Assembly: GCA_964627095.1 (NCBI GenBank)
Contig: CAZVKH010000001.1
Location: 86,337-150,336, forward strand
Direction of reading: 5' to 3'
From: an uncultured Candidatus Saccharibacteria bacterium
Lineage (GTDB): Bacteria > Patescibacteriota > Saccharimonadia > Saccharimonadales > JAUPVS01
DNA length: 64,000 bases
Numbering within the stretch: position 1 is the first letter of the stretch; every line of letters begins with the position of its first letter. The notes below the pieces were generated by a model. That model saw only the letters and a program-made list of their open reading frames with translations, made no database searches and was not told the origin of the DNA. The translations under genes and the position numbers were made by a program. Shown here piece by piece: positions 46,412-53,097 of this stretch.

Positions 46412-49012
46412 CTATTTAAGCCGCGGCCCATAGTACTCTGGGCCGGTGGATCTTGTGTCGGTAGAAGCAGGCAAATTCTGATAGACACCAGTTTTCTCGG
46501 CCAGCTTTCTGACTTCCTCGGCGACATGCGCCGAACCTGGGGCGTTGGTTTGGACTACACTTTGAGCAGTTCCTGGGGCGACACCTGGAGGAGGGGTCGT
46601 GCCAATAACGGCACCATCAGCATCAAGCTGTGGTTGACCAGCGCCACCACCGTATCGCGACACCCAGTTCTCGGCAACTGCGGTCGCCTTCCCTTGAGTT
46701 TCTGAATCTTTAACTTTGCCAGTGGTGGCGTCAACTTTGCTGGAGTCATCGTAGGCTTGGCCAATACGCTTAATTGTATGGGCGTTGAATTGTGATGCGG
46801 CATAGCTGGCCCGGTTTTCGTAAAGATCATCAACGAATGACTTGTTATCCATACTACCATCAAGTTTCATGTGCTTGAACTCGAGGTGTTTAGCTTGGTT
46901 TTCAAAGCCAGCCCCCTTTAAGGACCCAGCGGCCTGGCCATCACTCATACCCCAGCCGCCAGCCCCGGTGGCCAGTGTTTGGTAGCGATCGGCAATGCCC
47001 TGGACTTCTTCGTCTTTGGAAGCCTTACTCATTTCGTAAGACAGAGCGGCCTGTTGAGCATAGACGTCATTCTTCCAACGTCCTCTACCGGCGTCAACCG
47101 CCCCTTCGCTTACCCAAGCGCCACCCAAGGTCTTATATTCTCGAGCCCCCGACTTGCCATTTATACGCATCAAGTCGTTAGACATATGGCCGTCGGCATC
47201 TTTAGTTAAAGCCCCAGCGCGCTGTGCAGCCAACTTATTGACAGTCAAACCACGGATTTCTTCGTCGCGACCGGTGTTTATTTGGTCCTTTATTTCCTTG
47301 GCAACTGATGCCTGGCGGGCCGAGGCTTGAGCTTGAATGTTATAGCCACTAATCCCCTTGGAAGCACCTTTTAGGGCCATGCGTGATAGAGCGCTACGGT
47401 TGGCGTCGGAACTGGCGTCTTGCAATTGGCTTCCCCACTTGGCCCGGTTGGCAACAACCCGGCGGCCTTGGTGTTCGCGGTGGCGGGCGCCCGAGTTCTG
47501 ACGGAATTTGCCAATACCGGCCGACAGTCCCTTGGTGCGGTCATTAACCATGCCGCTCACGGCTCCAACGGCTCCACCAGCTAGTTTGAAGGCCGTTGGT
47601 ATCATAAAGTACGGTAAGAAGTAGGCGGCAAAGGCTATGAACTGTTCCAGTAGGCCGGCATCGGGTACGCTTGACACTACCCTAGAAAAGACTCGGCCGG
47701 TAGCAATAAAGGCCATGATAATTGGGAATGCCAACAAGGCTTTTAAGAAAAAGTCCCACCACATCTTCCAGAAACGCTGGGTATTTGGAAGTACCGAAGC
47801 CACAATCGCAATTGGCGCCAAGATTACTAAAAGAAGTATCAACATCTTTCGTATAACCAGTACAAAGAAGGCGACAAATACCGCCAGAAGTGCCGTTAGT
47901 CCAAACGACAGTAAACCAAGGAGCCCCAGTGAGCCAGCGCCAACCGCAAAGCCAGCCACTGCCAGCGTACTTGTGCCGCTATCGACTTTAGCTGCGTCTA
48001 TGCCACTAAAAGGCGCGGTAATTAGGGCACCAACGCCCTGGCCAAGATCGTTAGATACTTCAATAGCAAACTTGCAGACTGACCAAGACAAAGTGACGAA
48101 TATTATGGCTATGATCAGGCGTGGTAAAACTTTCCTAATTGTATAAGCATCAAACGCGTCAATCGAAAGTGCCTCCGAAAATATCATTATCAAGGCTATG
48201 ACAACTAAGAGTGTTAGGGCTATAAACCTAAAACTACTCCAGGCTGAAAAAAAGCCGTTTCCGCTATTGTTGTCGCCTAGGAATTTGTCGGTATCTATTG
48301 TCATCTCATTACTAATCGCTTTGTCCAGCAGGACTACGGCTTGGTTGGCGGTGGCGATTAAAGGACACATTATCCACGTCAGCGGGTTAGCTGTTGTTTC
48401 ACACTCTAAACCCTCGGTCGCATCCTTACCTTCTTCTGCTTTCTCTTTGGCGGCCGCCTCGTCTAGTACTTTCTGTTCTTCCTTTGCCACTGTGGTGTCA
48501 GAAAATATCCAGCCCCGTGAGGTGCCGGCCAAGTCCTTAAAGCTGTCAGATGAGGCGTTAGTCTTATCGCCCCCACCAATCCGGTAAGACATGCCCGTGA
48601 TAGGTATAGAAACACCGTTCGTTCCAGAGTATTTTTTTAAATCACTTTTTTTAACTTGTAAGTTAAATGATCGGCTTAGGTCGCCTTCTGTAAACGTTAC
48701 TGTACCTGAGTACTGAACAAAATTCTGGCCGTCATCTTCGGCCGTTTTGGCGAACATAATCCGCGATTCTTTTACGAATGCCGTGTCCTCGTTTTGGACA
48801 AAGAGAATATTATCATCATTTATATATATGAAGCCGTAACCGCCGCCAAATTGTTTAGGACTGGTGTACTGTTGTGGCGCGCTTTCCGCCAAAGCACTGG
48901 CTGGTAGCAGGCCCAACAATAAACCAATAACAGATATAAATAGAAAACTCGTAGCAAAGGCAATCCTTAAATACGGGCGATTCTTTTTTATTCTTGCAAA
49001 CTGTTTAAGCAT
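46412..49012 (-). CDS. VirB6/TrbL-like polytopic channel protein with a surface N-domain and a large cytoplasmic C-domain
   Basis: It has a signal or anchor sequence, a roughly 200-aa extracytoplasmic domain, about 7 TM helices (residues ~240-500) and a charged C-terminal region of about 370 aa. It is the first gene of an operon with PrgI/VirB4. The architecture call is moderate and was not confirmed by sequence search. Confidence 0.55.
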   Translation of the reverse strand: MLKQFARIKKNRPYLRIAFATSFLFISVIGLLLGLLPASALAESAPQQYTSPKQFGGGYGFIYINDDNILFVQNEDTAFVKESRIMFAKTAEDDGQNFVQYSGTVTFTEGDLSRSFNLQVKKSDLKKYSGTNGVSIPITGMSYRIGGGDKTNASSDSFKDLAGTSRGWIFSDTTVAKEEQKVLDEAAAKEKAEEGKDATEGLECETTANPLTWIMCPLIATANQAVVLLDKAISNEMTIDTDKFLGDNNSGNGFFSAWSSFRFIALTLLVVIALIMIFSEALSIDAFDAYTIRKVLPRLIIAIIFVTLSWSVCKFAIEVSNDLGQGVGALITAPFSGIDAAKVDSGTSTLAVAGFAVGAGSLGLLGLLSFGLTALLAVFVAFFVLVIRKMLILLLVILAPIAIVASVLPNTQRFWKMWWDFFLKALLAFPIIMAFIATGRVFSRVVSSVPDAGLLEQFIAFAAYFLPYFMIPTAFKLAGGAVGAVSGMVNDRTKGLSAGIGKFRQNSGARHREHQGRRVVANRAKWGSQLQDASSDANRSALSRMALKGASKGISGYNIQAQASARQASVAKEIKDQINTGRDEEIRGLTVNKLAAQRAGALTKDADGHMSNDLMRINGKSGAREYKTLGGAWVSEGAVDAGRGRWKNDVYAQQAALSYEMSKASKDEEVQGIADRYQTLATGAGGWGMSDGQAAGSLKGAGFENQAKHLEFKHMKLDGSMDNKSFVDDLYENRASYAASQFNAHTIKRIGQAYDDSSKVDATTGKVKDSETQGKATAVAENWVSRYGGGAGQPQLDADGAVIGTTPPPGVAPGTAQSVVQTNAPGSAHVAEEVRKLAEKTGVYQNLPASTDTRSTGPEYYGPRLK

Positions 49013-49152
49013 AACGACTATTTAATTCTAGGTCGCTTGTGGTTTATTCACAACCCAAAATTCTATCAACGGTTATTCTGCTCCATAAATAGGAGTCTGT
49101 AAAGACCCAACGGTAACTCTATAAAAATAACAACGTTTAGGATATAATTGTT

Positions 49153-49704
49153 ATGAAAATGGATCAACAAACACAAAACCGACCCGATTTTAATTTTATT
49201 CTGAACCAACCTGGCCCAGATAATGCGAAACGAGCTAAGCGCTCGCCACTGGTTTTTGGGATTGCCGTGATACTAATTTTGGCAATCGTAGGCTTGGCGG
49301 TTATGGTGTTATTTGTACCTGCCAAAGGTGTTACTGATGTTGCCAGCACCGATACTAAGCAAGCCGATAGCGCTGTTTCTGGGGATGCCACCGATGCATA
49401 TTTTGAGGCATTGCGTAAAGATGACCCCGACACCGCTTATAATCAGCTATCTGATGAAGTTAAACAAACCAATACTAAAAGCGAATTTTTAGAGCGCACC
49501 ACCATCGTCTATGCCAATATCAAGCTAGATAGCTGCCAAAAGACGGCGGAAACGGGTAATTTAGAAAAAGGAAATCGAACCGCCGTATATGAATGTTCTA
49601 CAATAAAGGGGTTAACAGACGCCAAAATTACCCTATCGTTAGTCGACCAGTCTGGTGACGCAAGAATCGGTAGTATTAAAATAAGTAGCAAGGAAAAGGC
49701 ATGA
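49153..49704 (+). CDS. single-pass membrane protein, first gene of the pilin operon (unknown function)
   Basis: The TM is LVFGIAVILILAIVGLAVMVLFV, followed by a roughly 120-aa ectodomain with two Cys. An ATGA overlap with pilin paralogue 1 indicates translational coupling. Confidence 0.55.
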   Translation: MKMDQQTQNRPDFNFILNQPGPDNAKRAKRSPLVFGIAVILILAIVGLAVMVLFVPAKGVTDVASTDTKQADSAVSGDATDAYFEALRKDDPDTAYNQLSDEVKQTNTKSEFLERTTIVYANIKLDSCQKTAETGNLEKGNRTAVYECSTIKGLTDAKITLSLVDQSGDARIGSIKISSKEKA

Positions 49705-50360
49705 TTCAAAGATTCCGAAATGTAGGGATAGCCGGATTGTTTTTTGCTGTGCTCAGCTTTTCTTTGTTTTCACTTGGTAATACAGTTCATGCTCTTGCGC
49801 CGGGGTGTTACACCAAGGGGCAGGCGCAAAACTCTCAAGGCACAACGGGAAATGCGACACCTGGTTGGGCAACCAAACCCTGCCAAGATTTGGTAACGGT
49901 TTTCCCTGATTTTACTGTGGCCCCAGAAGACTGCTACTTTACTTGGGAGACCGAACTGGGTCCCTCAACTCCTGTTAAATACAAATGCGAAGAACCGCCA
50001 TCTTTTAGCGCAGCGGTCGTAAAGCCAAAAGATGGGAAACCAGGTAATGGACCAGAGGGTCCCCAAGACATCGAAGCCGACCCGACATTTAACAGCACTC
50101 AGTGTAACGGTAAAGAAGTTACTAGTAGCGACAACTGCATTATCGAAAATATTAATGTGGCTATAAATATTCTGTCTGGTAGCATCGGGCTGCTTGTAAT
50201 AATTGTAATTATTATTGCCGGTATTCAATACACAACGGCTGCTGGTGATCCGCAAAGAATTGGCAAAGCCAAGAACCGAATACGTAATGCTATCATTGCT
50301 TTAGTGGCCTATATGTTCTTGTATGGGTTCTTGCAATGGGTCATACCAGGAGGTCTCTAA
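49701..50360 (+). CDS. T4SS pilin-like protein, paralogue 1 (VirB2/TrbC-type C-terminal hairpin, ~150-aa six-Cys ectodomain)
   Basis: The signal peptide ends in VHA-LA. The C-terminal module is LSGSIGLLVIIVIIIAGIQYTTAAGDPQRIGKAKNRIRNAIIALVAYMFLYGFLQWV, shared with the five following genes. Confidence 0.7.
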   Translation: MIQRFRNVGIAGLFFAVLSFSLFSLGNTVHALAPGCYTKGQAQNSQGTTGNATPGWATKPCQDLVTVFPDFTVAPEDCYFTWETELGPSTPVKYKCEEPPSFSAAVVKPKDGKPGNGPEGPQDIEADPTFNSTQCNGKEVTSSDNCIIENINVAINILSGSIGLLVIIVIIIAGIQYTTAAGDPQRIGKAKNRIRNAIIALVAYMFLYGFLQWVIPGGL

Positions 50361-50762
50361 ATGCTACTAAGTTTATTAACACGAATCGCAGCCGAAAAAG
50401 CGGCGCTTGATTGTGCGGCCGACAAATCCAAAACATTCTTTGGTCTACCGGTTTGGTACAAGTACCTCAAGATGGAAACAGTCAGTAAAGAAGGACTATC
50501 GGTCTGCAAAGTTGACATCGATTTTGTCCAAAACCCATCCGATGTCTGGGCGATCTTACTAGGTATTATCGATATTCTATTAAGAGTCGGTGGTATCGCG
50601 GCAGTTATTTATGTAATGTATGGCGGCTTTTTGTATATGACCAGCCAAGGTGAGCCCGACCGAACAAAACAAGCCAAGGAAACAATAATTGGCTCAATCA
50701 TAGGTTTGGTTATTGTTTTGCTGGCCGCCCAGATAGTGTCATTTATTGGGAATCGATTGTAA
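50361..50762 (+). CDS. T4SS pilin-like protein, paralogue 2
   Basis: The C-terminal module is VGGIAAVIYVMYGGFLYMTSQGEPDRTKQAKETIIGSIIGLVIVLLAAQIVSFI. There is no clear signal peptide. It has two Cys. Confidence 0.7.
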   Translation: MLLSLLTRIAAEKAALDCAADKSKTFFGLPVWYKYLKMETVSKEGLSVCKVDIDFVQNPSDVWAILLGIIDILLRVGGIAAVIYVMYGGFLYMTSQGEPDRTKQAKETIIGSIIGLVIVLLAAQIVSFIGNRL

Positions 50763-50774
50763 ACTGGAGAAAGC

Positions 50775-51074
50775 ATGCTACAACACCTCAGACAAATTGC
50801 CACCGAAATAGATCTTTCGCCGTTGCCCAATGGACCCGGCGGGACTAAAAGCGAGGATGCGATTCCAGTAATCGTTGGTGTTGTATTTGCTGCCCTCGGA
50901 GCAATATCGGTGTTGATGATTGTCATCGGCGGATTTCAGTATGTTATCTCGCAGGGTGACCCGCAACGTGTTGCCAAAGCCAAGGACACAATTATGTACG
51001 CCGTAATTGGTTTGGTGATATCGCTGCTTTCTTATGCCATAGTTGCATTTGTTATTACGGAGATAACCAAGTAA
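50775..51074 (+). CDS. T4SS pilin-like protein, paralogue 3 (minimal, 99 aa)
   Basis: The C-terminal module is LGAISVLMIVIGGFQYVISQGDPQRVAKAKDTIMYAVIGLVISLLSYAIVAFV. It has no Cys and no signal peptide. Confidence 0.7.
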   Translation: MLQHLRQIATEIDLSPLPNGPGGTKSEDAIPVIVGVVFAALGAISVLMIVIGGFQYVISQGDPQRVAKAKDTIMYAVIGLVISLLSYAIVAFVITEITK

Positions 51075-51460
51075 TGCGCAAATATCTTGCAGGCATCCTT
51101 GCCATTGTCTTGTCGGTCCTAGTGTTTACCGCCTTAACACCGGTTTATGCCGAGAATTTAACCCAACAGGCCTGCCAGGCGACCGGGGCAGAAGGCAGCT
51201 CAAGTGCTTGCGTTAACCAGACCGATGACCCCATTACCGGACCAAAAGGTATAATTGGCAGAGCCATCGATCTTATAAGTATTCTAGTTGGTGTCGCTTC
51301 GGTAATTGTTATTATGGTAGCCGGATTTAACTTTATAACCTCGCAAGGCGAACCGGCTGCCTTAAGTAAGGCCAAAAACAGTTTGATTTTTGCAGTTATT
51401 GGTATAGTTATTGTCGTAATGGCGCAAATTATCGCTGGTTTTGTTGTTAAACAAGTGTAA
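51074..51460 (+). CDS. T4SS pilin-like protein, paralogue 4
   Basis: The signal peptide ends in VYA-EN, followed by a C-x11-C loop. The C-terminal module is VGVASVIVIMVAGFNFITSQGEPAALSKAKNSLIFAVIGIVIVVMAQIIAGFV. A TAATG overlap couples it to paralogue 3. Confidence 0.7.
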   Translation: MRKYLAGILAIVLSVLVFTALTPVYAENLTQQACQATGAEGSSSACVNQTDDPITGPKGIIGRAIDLISILVGVASVIVIMVAGFNFITSQGEPAALSKAKNSLIFAVIGIVIVVMAQIIAGFVVKQV

Positions 51461-51485
51461 AAAGAAACTAAAAAGGAAATCTTAT

Positions 51486-51869
51486 ATGAAAAAACTACTA
51501 ACCCTAACACTCATAGCGCTGAGTTTGGTTATGGTAGCCGGTCCAGCTGTTGTGTCGGCCGAGTCCGCCAAAGACTCGGTTTGTGCTGGAATTGGGCTGA
51601 CCGGTGGTTCAGACAACTGCGACCCACCGGCCAATGGACCTACTGTCCAAAGTGCTTTGCAGGCTGCTATAAGAATTCTTAGCTATCTTATTGGATTTGC
51701 AGCCGTGGTGATGTTGATGATCGCTGGATTCAAATTCATAACAGCCGGTGGTGAGCCGGCAAAGATTGCTAGTGCCCGTGACACCATTCTGTACTCTGTC
51801 ATTGGCCTGGTGGTGGCCATGCTGGCGCAATTAATAGTTAACTTTGTGCTGACAAATCCTAAGCTTTAG
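51486..51869 (+). CDS. T4SS pilin-like protein, paralogue 5
   Basis: The start is set at the ATG at 51486 (MKKLLTL, after AAAGGAAA). The track start at 51441 overlaps paralogue 4. The signal peptide ends in VSA-ES, followed by a C-x11-C loop. The module is IGFAAVVMLMIAGFKFITAGGEPAKIASARDTILYSVIGLVVAMLAQLIVNFV. Confidence 0.7.
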   Translation: MKKLLTLTLIALSLVMVAGPAVVSAESAKDSVCAGIGLTGGSDNCDPPANGPTVQSALQAAIRILSYLIGFAAVVMLMIAGFKFITAGGEPAKIASARDTILYSVIGLVVAMLAQLIVNFVLTNPKL

Positions 51870-51945
51870 CGCTATTTGGACTTGCTCAACACAACAGAGA
51901 TGTGATATAACCAAAACAGTTATATAAGAAAGGTAAAAAGAATTC

Positions 51946-52365
51946 ATGATCAAAAAAATCAAACTTGCGATAGTCGCTTTCGTTTCACTAAGCCTGTTCG
52001 CTGCTCCACTTATGGTGCCAGCTGCAGTTTATGCCGCCGACGAGATAGAACAAGGTCTTTGTTCCGGTGCTAACCTAAACGCTTCATCAGATGGAAGTTG
52101 TGACGTTACAGCCGAAGAAGCTCAAGGAACTGTTAACAACACCATAACATTCGTTATTAACACCTTCTCGATAGTTGTCGGTGTTGCCGCGGTTATTATG
52201 ATTATTGTTGGTGGTTTCCGCTACATCATCTCTGGTGGTGACTCCGGTAACGTTCAGTCAGCCAAGAACACAATCCTATTTGCGGTTGTCGGTCTTGTGG
52301 TCGTTGCACTATCTCAGTTCATCGTCAAGTTCGTACTTTCCAAAGTATCTTCAGCTACTACCTAA
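51946..52365 (+). CDS. T4SS pilin-like protein, paralogue 6
   Basis: The signal peptide ends in VYA-AD, followed by a C-x12-C loop. The module is VGVAAVIMIIVGGFRYIISGGDSGNVQSAKNTILFAVVGLVVVALSQFIVKFV. It has its own 76-nt upstream spacer and is followed by a strong terminator. Confidence 0.7.
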   Translation: MIKKIKLAIVAFVSLSLFAAPLMVPAAVYAADEIEQGLCSGANLNASSDGSCDVTAEEAQGTVNNTITFVINTFSIVVGVAAVIMIIVGGFRYIISGGDSGNVQSAKNTILFAVVGLVVVALSQFIVKFVLSKVSSATT

Positions 52366-52380
52366 CCGACTAGTAGTTAC

Positions 52381-52410
52381 AAAAAAACCGCCTTCTCGGG
52401 CGGTTTTTTA
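52381..52410. terminator. bidirectional rho-independent terminator between the pilin operon (+) and hsp20 (-)
   Basis: In AAAAAAACCGCCTTCTCGGGCGGTTTTTTA the GC stem ACCGCC/GGCGGT encloses a 6-nt loop. It is flanked by an A-tract on one side and a T-tract on the other, so it can terminate both convergent units. Confidence 0.7.
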
Positions 52411-52427
52411 ATTGCCTATAAAACTTA

Positions 52428-52913
52428 CTATAGGACTTGGATCTTCTTAACAGTATCTTGCTTGAGTTTGCGGAAGCTAATGGTCAAAACGCCGTCCTTA
52501 AGGAGGGCTTCGACCTCGTCTTCTTTAACTGGTACTGGCAAGGCAATGCTGCGTGAGAACTCGCCCCAGTAGCATTCTTGAACAAAGTAGTTTTCGACTT
52601 CTTCTTCGTTACCAGCCGACAAAGTGCCGCGGATACTAAGAGTGTTGTCGGCAATGCTAACATCAAGCTCATTCTTGTTTACACCAGCCGTTCGTGCCTT
52701 AACAACTAACTTCTCGGTAGTTTCGTAGACATCAACAGCTAATTGACCAGGTACAGCTTCGTCTTCGTCCCATTCATCGCTGGCCGGTGCTTGAGCAGTG
52801 GCTGCTGGAGCGTCGGCCGGAGCGTCGCTGGTTGGTAGGTCATCATCACCTAGGAAGGCGGCGGTCAACTCATCTTCCATCAATAAATCGTCATCGCGGT
52901 TTCGTCGCGCCAT
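52428..52913 (-). CDS. Hsp20/alpha-crystallin family small heat-shock protein
   Basis: An acidic N-terminus is followed by the alpha-crystallin domain QLAVDVYETTEKLVVKARTAGV..LDVSIADNTLSIRG...GEFSRSIALPVPV..EALLKDGVLTISF. Confidence 0.9.
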   Translation of the reverse strand: MARRNRDDDLLMEDELTAAFLGDDDLPTSDAPADAPAATAQAPASDEWDEDEAVPGQLAVDVYETTEKLVVKARTAGVNKNELDVSIADNTLSIRGTLSAGNEEEVENYFVQECYWGEFSRSIALPVPVKEDEVEALLKDGVLTISFRKLKQDTVKKIQVL

Positions 52914-53097
52914 CGTGTGTTACCCTCCACGTACGTACATTAATGATTTTTCGAGATTTTTGTCTTTCCTGTCAGTATAACTTAGACAATAGTTAGCAGG
53001 CAACGTCTAGGGGTACATATTTACAACACAATAATCACAACAGTTTTACTGGCCTCTGTTAAGAACCTTTTAATAGTCGCCCTGTAACATTGTTGAT

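Noticed and set aside
36198-52365. Interpretation of the T4SS-like block as an integrative conjugative element or prophage.
   Set aside because: No integrase, relaxase, coupling protein, replication or partition genes are visible. There are also no flanking direct repeats or capsid or terminase genes in the window. Both flanks are core genes joined with minimal spacers. This cannot be fully excluded without the rest of the genome.
52914-53097. A heat-shock operator (CIRCE TTAGCACTC-N9-GAGTGCTAA, or an HspR HAIR element) upstream of hsp20.
   Set aside because: Neither inverted repeat is recognisable in the 184-bp hsp20-comFC spacer. TTAGCAGGC at about 52993 matches only the first 5-6 nt of CIRCE and has no partner half-site.
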